Assembly: GCA_030637025.1 (NCBI GenBank)
Contig: DAOVVV010000006.1
Span: 56,750 to 76,749, forward strand
DNA length: 20,000 nucleotides
Direction of reading: 5' to 3'
From: Clostridia bacterium
GTDB lineage: Bacteria > CBDUZB01 > JAGLHV01
The notes beneath the pieces are model-generated. The model had not been told where the DNA came from. It did not search any database and worked only from the letters and a program-made list of their open reading frames with translations. Shown here piece by piece: positions 7,981-16,809 of this stretch. The number at the start of each line of letters is the position of its first letter. Within the stretch, counting starts at the first letter, position 1. The position numbers and the translations under genes were made by a program.

Positions 7981-8145
7981 ATGCTTTTAAAAATTATACT
8001 GGGTGTAATAATAGGAGGATTAGTGGGTTCAGTGGTTGGTTGGGGACTAAAGTGTTCCGGGGGATCTTGTCCTTTGACCTGTAATCCCTGGGGAGGAGCG
8101 ATAACCGGAGTGTTGATTGGTTTACTAATAGTTTTGGGTAAATAA
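7981..8145 (+). CDS. Small Cys-containing membrane protein, DUF6132-like (not in the ORF track)
   Basis: AAGGAG RBS; MLLKIILGVIIGGLVGSVVGWGLKCSGGSCPLTCNPWGGAITGVLIGLLIVLGK (54 aa): TM, C-x4-CP-x3-P, TM. Confidence 0.8.
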   Translation: MLLKIILGVIIGGLVGSVVGWGLKCSGGSCPLTCNPWGGAITGVLIGLLIVLGK

Positions 8146-8230
8146 AAAAATAGCTCTTCTCCTCTCTAACAAAAGCAAGGTGATAAGTTTTAGATGGAAG
8201 AACGTTAACTGATATTATTAGAAAAAAAAG

Positions 8231-8260
8231 TTGACAAAAGCAATGACTCAAATGTATTAT
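8231..8260 (+). promoter_or_regulatory. Putative sigma70 promoter for the cysK-nifS operon
   Basis: TTGACA (8231-8236), 18 bp, TATTAT (8255-8260). Confidence 0.55.
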
Positions 8261-8346
8261 ATTAAAAGAATAGAGATTATTTTTATCACTAAAAGGGAAT
8301 GAGTAAATAAGAAAATTTAGTAGATAAGAGAAAAATTGGAGAAGGA

Positions 8347-9306
8347 ATGCAAAAGGAAATAAGTTCTGATTCGAATAAGACTAAAGTTGCCAATAATCTA
8401 ATTGAGCTGGTGGGAAATACCCCCTTAGTAAAATTAAACAGAATTGCTAAAAATATGGAAGCACAGATTATGGGAAAACTGGAATTTTTTAATCCCTGTG
8501 GCAGTGTGAAAGACCGTATCGGAATAAGTATGATTGCAGCAGCAGAAAAAAAAGGTTTGCTCCGGACAGATTCTGTAGTGGTGGAGCCAACCAGTGGAAA
8601 TACAGGGATTGCTTTAGCGTTTGTTTGTGCAGTCAAAGGGTATAGATTAATTCTTACCATGCCGGACACAATGAGTATGGAACGAAGAAAAATGCTGAAG
8701 GCTCTGGGAGCGGAAATAGTTTTAACCCCGGGCATTGCCGGAATGAAAGGGTCAATTGATAAAGCAGAAGAAATTGCTAGAAAGAATAATAAAGCATTTG
8801 TTTTACAACAATTTAAAAATCCGGCTAATCCCCAAATACATCGGGAGACTACCGCTTTGGAAATATGGAGGGATACCGGGGGAAAGGTAGATATTTTGGT
8901 TTCAGGGGTAGGAACCGGAGGAACTATTACCGGTATAGCTGAAGTACTAAAAGAAAAAAAACCACAATTTAAAGCAGTTGCAGTGGAGCCGGCAGATTCC
9001 CCGGTTTTATCCGGAGGAAAAGCAGGGTCGCATAAGATTCAGGGAATTGGGGCCGGATTCATTCCGGATGTTTTAAATCAAAATATTATTGATCAAATAA
9101 TCAAAGTAACTAATGAGCAGGCGATAGAATGTACCGGAAGACTGGCTAAAGAAGAAGGAATATTTGCCGGGGTTTCTTCCGGGGCAGCAGTGCATGCAGC
9201 AATCCAAATAGCCAAAGAAAAAGAAAATAAGGAAAAACTAATAGTTGTTATTCTTCCTGATTCCGGGGACCGGTATCTTTCTACGGAACTTTTTGGAGGG
9301 GAATAA
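8347..9306 (+). CDS. cysK: Cysteine synthase A
   Basis: [11 protein letters not shown] (PLP Lys), [35 protein letters not shown]. Confidence 0.96.
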   Translation: MQKEISSDSNKTKVANNLIELVGNTPLVKLNRIAKNMEAQIMGKLEFFNPCGSVKDRIGISMIAAAEKKGLLRTDSVVVEPTSGNTGIALAFVCAVKGYRLILTMPDTMSMERRKMLKALGAEIVLTPGIAGMKGSIDKAEEIARKNNKAFVLQQFKNPANPQIHRETTALEIWRDTGGKVDILVSGVGTGGTITGIAEVLKEKKPQFKAVAVEPADSPVLSGGKAGSHKIQGIGAGFIPDVLNQNIIDQIIKVTNEQAIECTGRLAKEEGIFAGVSSGAAVHAAIQIAKEKENKEKLIVVILPDSGDRYLSTELFGGE

Positions 9307-9377
9307 AAAAAACGAGCAAGTAAGAGAGAGGAAATAAAGCTAAGAAAGAAAATAAATAGTAAAAACGGAGAATTCGG

Positions 9378-10547
9378 ATGAAAAAGATATATTTAGATCA
9401 CAATGCTACTACTCCTACCCACCCGGAAGTAGTTAAAGCAATGTTACCTTATTATACAGAAATTTACGGCAATGCCTCCAGTTTTCATCAGTTTGGGCAA
9501 CAAGCACGAAAAGCGGTTGAAGAAGCAAGAGAAAAAGTCGCCGATTTTATTGGGGCCGATGCCGGTGAAATATTTTTTACCAGCGGTGGAACGGAGGCGG
9601 ATAATTTTGCTATTAAAGGAATAGCTTATGCAAATCAGGCTCAAGGAAAACATATCATAACTTCACAGATAGAACATCTTGCAGTTTTAAATCCTTGCAA
9701 ATATTTAGAAAAACAGGGGTTTAGGATTACATATCTTCCGGTAGATAAACATGGTTTGATTAATCCGGAAGAAGTAAGAAAAGCAATAACCGATGAAACA
9801 ATTCTTATCAGTATTATGCAGGCCAATAACGAAACAGGAACAATTGAGCCCATTGCTGAGATTGGAAAAATAGCTAAAGAGAAAGCAATTTATTTTCATA
9901 CAGATGCAGTTCAGTCCGCAGGTAAAATTCCGGTAAAGGTGAAAGAATTGAATGTGCATTTAGTTTCTTTATCCGGGCATAAACTTTATGGGCCCAACGG
10001 TATGGGAGCCCTTTATATTGCTAAAGGAACAAGAATTCAGCCTTTGATGCTGGGTGGACACCATGAGAAAAATAAACGGGCAGGAACAGAAAATGTTCCG
10101 GGAATTGTTGGCTTAGCTAAGGCCGTAGAAATTGCCCAAACTACCGGGGAAGAAGAGGCAATTCGTTTAACTAATTTACGAAATAAATTAGAAAGTCTTA
10201 TCCGTGAAAAAATAGAAGATGTTTATTTAAATGGGCATCCTGAAAAAAGACTACCCAATACTTTAAATATGAGTTTTGAATTTATAGAAGGAGAATCGAT
10301 AATACTCAACCTGGATATGAAAGGTATAGCTGTTTCCAGTGGTTCAGCCTGTACCTCCGGTTCTTTAAATACTTCCCATGTTTTGAAAGCAATGGGAATA
10401 GAGGCGGCAGTTGCTCAAGGGTCAATAAGATTTAGTTTGGGAAAGGATAATACAGATGAAGATATTGACTATGTGTCGGAAGTTTTACCGGAAATTGTAT
10501 CCCGTTTACGGGCAATGTCTCCGCTTTATAAAAATAAAAAGGAATAA
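9378..10547 (+). CDS. nifS: Cysteine desulfurase NifS/IscS
   Basis: YLDHNATT, FTSGGTE, HTDAVQ, SGHKLYGP, SSGSACTS. Confidence 0.96.
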   Translation: MKKIYLDHNATTPTHPEVVKAMLPYYTEIYGNASSFHQFGQQARKAVEEAREKVADFIGADAGEIFFTSGGTEADNFAIKGIAYANQAQGKHIITSQIEHLAVLNPCKYLEKQGFRITYLPVDKHGLINPEEVRKAITDETILISIMQANNETGTIEPIAEIGKIAKEKAIYFHTDAVQSAGKIPVKVKELNVHLVSLSGHKLYGPNGMGALYIAKGTRIQPLMLGGHHEKNKRAGTENVPGIVGLAKAVEIAQTTGEEEAIRLTNLRNKLESLIREKIEDVYLNGHPEKRLPNTLNMSFEFIEGESIILNLDMKGIAVSSGSACTSGSLNTSHVLKAMGIEAAVAQGSIRFSLGKDNTDEDIDYVSEVLPEIVSRLRAMSPLYKNKKE

Positions 10548-10556
10548 GTAAAAAAG

Positions 10557-11474
10557 ATGAATAATCTATCCCTGGTTGAAAAAATAATGAAGTTAAAAGA
10601 AAAAAGAAAAGCTGTTATTCTCGTTCACAATTATCAGCGGCCGGAGGTACAGGATATTGCCGATTATCTTGGAGATTCTTTAGAGTTGAGCCGGAAGGCA
10701 GCACAGACGGATGCGAAAGTAATTGTTTTTTGCGGAGTCCATTTTATGGCTGAGACAGCCGCAATTCTTTCACCGGATAAGACGGTATTAATGCCGGATA
10801 TAAATGCCGGATGCCCTATGGCGGATATGGTGAATGCAGAAAAAGTTAAAGAATTAAAAAGAAAACATCCTGAAGCAGCGGTGGTTTCATATGTGAATAC
10901 AACAGCGGAAGTAAAAACAGAATCGGATGTTTGCTGCACTTCGGCAAATGCCACAGAAGTTGTAAAATCAGTGAAGAGCAGGGAAATAATTTTTCTTCCT
11001 GATAAGTATCTGGGCCATTATGTTTCCTGCCGAACAGGCAAAAATTTAATATTAGTTAATGGGTACTGCCCTGTCCACCTCAAAATTTTAGCTCAGGATA
11101 TAAAAAGTAAGAAAGAAAAATATCCCGGGGCGGAAGTACTGGTACATCCTGAATGTATTCCGGAGGTCATTGCTCTGGCGGATAAAACCCTTTCTACAAG
11201 CGGGATGTGCAAATATGCGAAAGATTCTAAAGTGAAAGAAATGATTATTGGTACAGAGGTAGGGATAATCTATAGGCTGAAAAAAGAAAATCCGGACAAA
11301 AAATTTTATCCTGCTTCGGAAATAGCAATATGTCCGAATATGAAACTTAATAATTTAGAGAAAGTTTTATGGGCATTGGAAGATATGAAATTTGAGGTAA
11401 AGGTGGAAAAAGAGACCAGAATAAAAGCAAAAAAGGCAATTGACAAAATGCTTCAATTTAGTAGAATAAATTAA
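10557..11474 (+). CDS. nadA: Quinolinate synthase
   Basis: HNYQ, GDSL, FCGVHFMAE, GCPMA, YVNT, CPVH, HPEC, CPNMK. Confidence 0.96.
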   Translation: MNNLSLVEKIMKLKEKRKAVILVHNYQRPEVQDIADYLGDSLELSRKAAQTDAKVIVFCGVHFMAETAAILSPDKTVLMPDINAGCPMADMVNAEKVKELKRKHPEAAVVSYVNTTAEVKTESDVCCTSANATEVVKSVKSREIIFLPDKYLGHYVSCRTGKNLILVNGYCPVHLKILAQDIKSKKEKYPGAEVLVHPECIPEVIALADKTLSTSGMCKYAKDSKVKEMIIGTEVGIIYRLKKENPDKKFYPASEIAICPNMKLNNLEKVLWALEDMKFEVKVEKETRIKAKKAIDKMLQFSRIN

Positions 11475-11489
11475 TTAGAGAGGGTGGTT

Positions 11490-11870
11490 ATGCAATACAG
11501 TGAAAAAGTAATGGAACATTTCCGTAATCCCAGAAATGTAGGAGAATTAGAAAATCCCGATGGTATTGGTCATGTGGGCAATCCTGTTTGCGGAGATGTT
11601 ATGGAATTGTATATTAAAGTTAAAGAGAATATAATCATTGATATAAAATTTAAAACATTTGGTTGTGGTGCTGCTATAGCTACCAGTTCAATACTTACGG
11701 AACTGGTTAAAGGGAAAAGCATTGAACAGGCACTAACAATATCTAATAAAGCAGTTGCCGAAGCCCTGGGTGGTTTACCCCGGATAAAAATGCATTGTTC
11801 TGTGCTGGCTGAAGATGCATTAAAGTCAGCTATTGATGATTATTATAATAAACAAGTAAAAAATAAATGA
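11490..11870 (+). CDS. nifU: Fe-S scaffold NifU/IscU (ATG 11490 preferred over GTG 11484)
   Basis: YSEKVMEHFRNPRNVG, GNPVCGD, FGCGAAIA, KMHCS. Confidence 0.95.
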   Translation: MQYSEKVMEHFRNPRNVGELENPDGIGHVGNPVCGDVMELYIKVKENIIIDIKFKTFGCGAAIATSSILTELVKGKSIEQALTISNKAVAEALGGLPRIKMHCSVLAEDALKSAIDDYYNKQVKNK

Positions 11871-11913
11871 TAGAAAAAAGGGGATAATATTAATAGCTGA
11901 GGAAGGTGACAAT

Positions 11914-12084
11914 ATGGGAAAACTTTTTTATCAAAATAAAAAACAGGTAATAAAAACAGGGGTTAGTTTTGGCTCGGTTTTAGCCATTGTTATTTCCTGG
12001 TCGGTGAATGAATCAATTATCTGGGCAATAATTCACGGTCTTTTATCCTGGATTTATGTAATTTATTTTGCTTTTATCAGGTAA
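11914..12084 (+). CDS. Small membrane protein, 56 aa (not in the ORF track)
   Basis: GAGGAAGGTGA RBS-like sequence; MGKLFYQNKKQVIKTGVSFGSVLAIVISWSVNESIIWAIIHGLLSWIYVIYFAFIR. Resembles a conserved uncharacterised two-TM family (GxSFG..LA..ISWS...SI.WA..HG..SW.YV.Y). Confidence 0.8.
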   Translation: MGKLFYQNKKQVIKTGVSFGSVLAIVISWSVNESIIWAIIHGLLSWIYVIYFAFIR

Positions 12085-12214
12085 TAGGTAATATTATTAG
12101 CAATAAAAGCTAATGCAGCAAATCGCAGGACAAAAAAAGAAGAAAGATATAAAAAATGGTTGGAGAGAATAAAAGAGAACCGGGTAAATTCTTAATGTAA
12201 ATACTGGAAAAACT

Positions 12215-12679
12215 ATGAATAAAACAAGAGGTTTAGGTTTTTGGATTCTTATTAGTATAGGTATATTATTGTCAATAATGTTTCTATTCGGACAAACACT
12301 GTCTTTATTTAATTATGATTTAACCGTATCACTTGGATTGCAAGAATCCGTAGAAGAAGTCGGTGAAATAGGTGTAGCTTGGGCTAAAGGCTTCGCATTT
12401 GGAGATACGGTGTTATATCTTCCACTCTTATTAATTGGAATAATTGGATTATTGAAAAGAAAAAAATGGGGTGTTTATTCAATGTTTGGCAGTTTAGCAA
12501 TCACAGTATACTGGCCAATTGTTAGCTTGTTCTCAATTTTTGCCGGTAAAAACAATATAAACCTAAATCCTGATAAATTTATTTCCTATTCAATAATTCT
12601 TCCCTTGATTGCTATTTACGGTTTATGGGGGATGTGGTTTTTGTACAGAAATAGAACGGATTGTAGCAAAATAGGGTGA
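12215..12679 (+). CDS. Hypothetical four-TM membrane protein
   Basis: 154 aa, four hydrophobic segments, GFAFGDT motif; no function recognised. Confidence 0.75.
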   Translation: MNKTRGLGFWILISIGILLSIMFLFGQTLSLFNYDLTVSLGLQESVEEVGEIGVAWAKGFAFGDTVLYLPLLLIGIIGLLKRKKWGVYSMFGSLAITVYWPIVSLFSIFAGKNNINLNPDKFISYSIILPLIAIYGLWGMWFLYRNRTDCSKIG

Positions 12680-12769
12680 TGGAGTAGACGTGGTTCACAT
12701 AGAGAATAGCAAATAGCTAATGTTTTTAATAAAAGATTAGTTGTTGAATTGAAATAACTGAATGTTAAA

Positions 12770-13219
12770 ATGTTCCAAAACAGAAAGAGATACCCCATGA
12801 TGTTTCCAAAAAACAATCATAAACTTAGAGAAATTTTTAAAAAAGCAAAAATGCCTGAAATTTCTGAGTTTAGCGGCGAATATTTTGTTGATATGTTAAC
12901 CATTCTTCCCAACCTAAGAAAGTTTTCGCACCGCAAATTTTTTTATAAACAAAAGGATAAGGTTTTGGGGTACAATATTCTTTTTACCAATAAAGTCTGG
13001 GGCCATTTTTTTTTGGAAGAAGGTATTTGTAAAGAAATAGATTCATCAGGAGTAATAGTCATAAATTACAAAAGAGGAGAAAATGGGTGCATTTCTAATA
13101 GAATAATAGATTATGTGAAATGTATAGAAGAAAATAGTTTATATCTTGGGCGGTTTAATTATTTGTTATTAGGAAAACTCCGTTTTTCAGGATATTTTTC
13201 TTTATCAAAAATAATTTAA
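12770..13219 (+). CDS. Hypothetical beta-rich protein (start may be 12798 or 12801)
   Basis: Aromatic-rich ORF filling the gap before hydA (GEY...GYN...WGHF...INY...IIDYV...YLGRF...GYFSL). Confidence 0.7.
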   Translation: MFQNRKRYPMMFPKNNHKLREIFKKAKMPEISEFSGEYFVDMLTILPNLRKFSHRKFFYKQKDKVLGYNILFTNKVWGHFFLEEGICKEIDSSGVIVINYKRGENGCISNRIIDYVKCIEENSLYLGRFNYLLLGKLRFSGYFSLSKII

Positions 13220-13236
13220 ATAGAGAAAGTAAAAAA

Positions 13237-15030
13237 ATGAATAAAGAGATAGGTTTAACTATTGATGGACAGAAGGTGAGAATTTCTGAAGATAATACTA
13301 TTTTAGCTGCGGCTAAAAAAATAGGGATAATTATTCCTACTTTGTGTTATCATCCGGATCTTAAGGTAAACGGAGTTTGCCGCATTTGTGTGGTAGAAAT
13401 AAAAGGAAGAAATAAGCTGGAATGTGCTTGTTCCACTCCGGTAGAAGAAGGCATGGAAATATTTACTCATACCCAGAGAGTACTTAAAGACCGGCGGATG
13501 AATTTAGAACTAATCCTTTCTTCCCATCCTACAGATTGTCTTATTTGCATTAAAAACGGAAATTGCGAATTACAGGATTTAGCTATCCGGTTAGGTATTA
13601 GAGAAGAGTTACGTTTTCCACACCATATAAAAGAGGGACATCGGGATAATACCTCTGTTGCTTTAAACATTGATTCGGAAAAATGTATTGCCTGCGAAAG
13701 GTGTGTTTATATTTGTAGTGAAATTCAAAAAGTAAATGCATTAGCGATGTTGGAAAGAGGTTCCAAAGTTTATGCTGCGGCGAAACCGGATTTACTTCAC
13801 AGTCCTTGTGTTAAATGTGGACAATGCACTTCGTACTGTCCTACAGGAGCCATTTATGAAGAAGAACACACCCAGGAGGTATGGGAAGCACTTAACAATC
13901 CGGAAATGGTTGTCGTTGCCCAGATTGCTCCCTCGGTAAGGGTTGCTTTAGGTGAAGAATTTGGTTTGCCGGCGGGGACTTCCGTTACGAAAAAAATTTA
14001 TACTGCACTGAAGTTATTAGGTGTTGACTATGTGTTTGACACTAATTTTGGTGCGGATTTAACTATTATGGAAGAGTCATCGGAGTTTATCAAAAGATAT
14101 AAAGAAGAAAAAGACAGACTTCCTCTGATTACCAGCTGTTGTCCTGCCTGGGTTGATTATTTAGAAAAGTTTTGTCCTGAATTTATCGATAATTTCTCTT
14201 CGGCAAAATCTCCTCATCAAATGTTGGGGGTAATGGTAAAAACCTACTGGGCGGAAAAAATGAAAATCCCCAAAGAAAAAATATTTATGGTTTCCATCAT
14301 GCCCTGTACGGCAAAAAAATATGAAATACTTCGCTGTTATGATATGTTTTCTTCGGGGGTGCAGGATGTAGATGTTACTATTACCACCCGGGAATTTGCC
14401 AGGGTTATTAAACAAGCGGGAATTGATTTGGTTAATCTTCCCGATGGAAAAGCGGATGCTCCTTTGGGTATTTATTCGGGAGCAGGTTTAATCTTTGGAG
14501 CCACCGGAGGAGTAATGGAAGCGGCTTTGAGAACCGCTTATGAATTTATTACCGAAAAAGAGTTGTCTAATATTGATTTTGAAGCGGTGCGTGGCTTACA
14601 GGGAGTAAAAGAAGCAGAAGTTGAGATAGGTAGTAAAAAAATAAAAGTTGCTGTTGCGCACGGCCTGGGTAATGTAAAGTATGTCCTGGACCGGGTCGCA
14701 GAGGGAAAAAGAAAAAATCAATTGCCCTATCATTTTATAGAAGTAATGGCTTGTCCCGGAGGATGTGTCGGCGGTGGGGGACAACCTTATGGCGGTTTGG
14801 AAATAAGGGAAAAAAGAGCCGGGGCAATTTACCGGGAAGAAAAAGAGTTGACTTTTCGTCAATCGCATAAGAATCCGTATATTAAACAGTTATATAAAGA
14901 ATATTTAGGAGAACCTTTAGGTGATAAAGCCCGAAAGTTACTGCATACACAATATTACGACCGGCCCCTTTACGGAGGAGACGAGTTTTCCTGCCCTTAT
15001 AAAGATAGGTTAAGAGTAACCAAAGGATAA
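13237..15030 (+). CDS. hydA: [FeFe] hydrogenase catalytic subunit, group A, with N-terminal F-clusters
   Basis: H-cluster motifs TSCCPAW, MPCTAKKYE, EVMACPGGCVGGGGQP. N-terminal 2Fe-2S (IPTLC..CRIC..C), His-ligated HxxxCxxC and two 4Fe-4S motifs. Confidence 0.96.
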   Translation: MNKEIGLTIDGQKVRISEDNTILAAAKKIGIIIPTLCYHPDLKVNGVCRICVVEIKGRNKLECACSTPVEEGMEIFTHTQRVLKDRRMNLELILSSHPTDCLICIKNGNCELQDLAIRLGIREELRFPHHIKEGHRDNTSVALNIDSEKCIACERCVYICSEIQKVNALAMLERGSKVYAAAKPDLLHSPCVKCGQCTSYCPTGAIYEEEHTQEVWEALNNPEMVVVAQIAPSVRVALGEEFGLPAGTSVTKKIYTALKLLGVDYVFDTNFGADLTIMEESSEFIKRYKEEKDRLPLITSCCPAWVDYLEKFCPEFIDNFSSAKSPHQMLGVMVKTYWAEKMKIPKEKIFMVSIMPCTAKKYEILRCYDMFSSGVQDVDVTITTREFARVIKQAGIDLVNLPDGKADAPLGIYSGAGLIFGATGGVMEAALRTAYEFITEKELSNIDFEAVRGLQGVKEAEVEIGSKKIKVAVAHGLGNVKYVLDRVAEGKRKNQLPYHFIEVMACPGGCVGGGGQPYGGLEIREKRAGAIYREEKELTFRQSHKNPYIKQLYKEYLGEPLGDKARKLLHTQYYDRPLYGGDEFSCPYKDRLRVTKG

Positions 15031-15123
15031 ATGCGCTTGTAGTTGTCTCGTTTATTTACCCGCCAATCTGTAAGGAAGATGAAGTTCATCAATAAAATTC
15101 AAATACCTGAGGAGCGAATTTTT

Positions 15124-15717
15124 ATGAAATTAAAATTGCCGCATTTTTTACTGATGACCTATATAATATTTTTTATTTCCCTGGCAATAAACCCTTATGA
15201 TAGAGCAGTCTGGTTTGCGGAAAATCTGCCTATAGTAGGAATAGTTGTATTTTTGGTTTTTACCTATAAGAAATTTCCATTTTCAAACTTATCGTACATT
15301 ATGATGAGTGGTTTAATATTTTTGCATACACTGGGCGGGCATTTTACTTTTGAAAGAGTACCCTTTGATTTTATAACTGATTTTTTTGGGTTTGAAAGAA
15401 ATCATTTTGATAGAATTGCTCATTTTAGCGTGGGATTTTATGCCTTTCCAGTGGCGGAGTATCTAAACAGGAAAAATCTTGTAAATTCAAAATTACTGAT
15501 GGCTTTATTCGGTATATTATCTATTTTTACAGTTGCAGCAATTTATGAAATTATTGAATGGATTTATGCGGTAACTGCCAATCCTACTGCAGGAATAGCA
15601 TTTTTAGGAAGTCAGGGAGATATCTGGGATGCCCAAAAAGATATGCTTGCTGATGGTTTAGGAGCAGTTCTATCCGCTATAATTTTCTTAAAAGTTAATA
15701 AAGTAACGAAAAAATAA
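15124..15717 (+). CDS. DUF2238/YjdF family membrane protein
   Basis: PYDRAVWFAEN, LHTLGGHFTF, RNHFDRIAHF, YEIIEW, FLGSQGDIWDAQKDM. GAGGAG RBS favours ATG 15124 over TTG 15043. Confidence 0.88.
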   Translation: MKLKLPHFLLMTYIIFFISLAINPYDRAVWFAENLPIVGIVVFLVFTYKKFPFSNLSYIMMSGLIFLHTLGGHFTFERVPFDFITDFFGFERNHFDRIAHFSVGFYAFPVAEYLNRKNLVNSKLLMALFGILSIFTVAAIYEIIEWIYAVTANPTAGIAFLGSQGDIWDAQKDMLADGLGAVLSAIIFLKVNKVTKK

Positions 15718-15738
15718 GAAAAGTAATATGAACTGGGT

Positions 15739-15957
15739 ATGTTAATAAAAATCATGAAAGATAGAAAAATTTGCCGATGGTTTGAAGTGTGTCCTCTTAA
15801 AAAATTTTACCAGCAAAAGAAAATAAATAAACAGTGGATTGAAGATTACTGTCAGGGGGATTATTCAAAATGTGTCAGGAAAAAAATGGAAGAAGACAAC
15901 TTATATCATCCGGACAATATGATGCCGGACGGAACACTGGATGAAAGTTTAAAATAA
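15739..15957 (+). CDS. Small four-Cys protein (start may be 15754)
   Basis: C-x5-CP...YC-x6-C-x-R...PDNMMPDG pattern, suggesting metal binding. Confidence 0.7.
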   Translation: MLIKIMKDRKICRWFEVCPLKKFYQQKKINKQWIEDYCQGDYSKCVRKKMEEDNLYHPDNMMPDGTLDESLK

Positions 15958-15993
15958 AAGAGATTTAAAGCCTTTTGCAAAAAACAATATTTT

Positions 15994-16090
15994 GTCATTC
16001 CGCACTTGATGCGGAATCTATAATGTTTTTAAGTATCAATAGATTCCTGCTTCCGCAGGAATGACCCCCCTTAAGGATTGGCGGGCAGGC
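15994..16090. repeat. Paired REP-like palindromes (GTCATTCC...GGAATGAC type) plus adjacent GC-rich unit
   Basis: GTCATTCCGCACTTGATGCGGAATCTA (15994-16020) and inverted partner TAGATTCCTGCTTCCGCAGGAATGAC (16040-16065), each internally palindromic; followed by CCCCCTTAAGGATTGGCGGGCAGGC. Confidence 0.8.
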
Positions 16091-16154
16091 AATAAAGATA
16101 AAAAGCTATTTTGCATAACTCTAAAAAAAACTTATTTAAAGGAGGAAGAATAAA

Positions 16155-16421
16155 ATGCCGACATACGGATATAAATGTGAAAAATGCGGTTATGAATTTG
16201 AAGAATTTCAGAATATTACAGCTCCAGCGATAGAAAAATGTTCCCAATGTGACGGAGAAGTAAAACGCGTGATTGGAACAGGAATGCAGGTTATTTTTAA
16301 AGGTTCGGGATTTTACGCAACGGATAACAAAAAGAGTGCTTCCACAGGTGGGACATGTTGTGGCAGAACCGAACGATGTGATAAACCACCCTGCTCCGAT
16401 ACTGAAAATTGTAAGAGATAA
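16155..16421 (+). CDS. FmdB-family zinc-ribbon protein with Cys-rich tail
   Basis: MPTYGYKCEKCG...CSQC...VIFKGSGFYATD; tail TCCGRTERCDKPPC; GGAGGA RBS. Confidence 0.92.
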   Translation: MPTYGYKCEKCGYEFEEFQNITAPAIEKCSQCDGEVKRVIGTGMQVIFKGSGFYATDNKKSASTGGTCCGRTERCDKPPCSDTENCKR

Positions 16422-16504
16422 TGTGGGAGAGGGAGAAGATGAGAGCAAACAGCTCAATTCTTCAAGGATTTGGGAGTATGAAATAGTCCACAGACAAAAA
16501 CTAC

Positions 16505-16682
16505 AGTTATAAGTTATTAGTTATAAGTTATAAGTTGAAAAAAATTAAAAGACTGCAAATAGCAAATGGCAAATAGTATTAATAATTAGTCATAAGTAGT
16601 CAGACAATAGTCAAAAAGTAGTCAAACATAGTTTATGACAATGTATGACACGAACGAAGTAAGTATATGACTATTTGTGACA
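16505..16682. repeat. Heptamer tandem repeats followed by helically phased TAGTCA/TGAC repeats
   Basis: AGTTATA x4 (16505-16532); GCAAATA/G x3 (16555-16575); TAGTCA at 16587, 16597, 16608, 16619; TGAC(T)A at 16636, 16646, 16668, 16678. Confidence 0.7.
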
Positions 16683-16772
16683 TAGTATTTATGATGGGAG
16701 TTAGGGGGATTTATTTCGGATTTAGGTTCCTCTTAAACAAATTATTAATATTTAAATCTAAAAATTAAAGTG

Positions 16773-16801
16773 TTGACAAAAGGCACACATTGTGTTACAT
16801 T
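16773..16801 (+). promoter_or_regulatory. Toxin-antitoxin promoter with palindromic operator; probably leaderless transcript
   Basis: TTGACA (16773-16778), 17 bp, TG-n-TACATT (16796-16801). ACACA-T-TGTGT palindrome at 16785-16795. ATG is 8 nt after the -10 box with no SD. Confidence 0.75.
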
Positions 16802-16809
16802 AAAAATAG

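Noticed and set aside
8146-8346. S-box or T-box leader before cysK
   Set aside because: No SAM-I core, T-box motif or convincing terminator/antiterminator seen.
12085-13236. Further integron cassettes among the hypothetical genes
   Set aside because: No RYYYAAC...GTTRRRY palindromic attC found after their stop codons.
16273-16512. Alternative-frame ORF of 79 aa
   Set aside because: Overlaps the well-supported FmdB gene; no motif or RBS.
16505-16690. CRISPR array
   Set aside because: Units are 6-11 bp with no unique spacers, and no cas genes are present.
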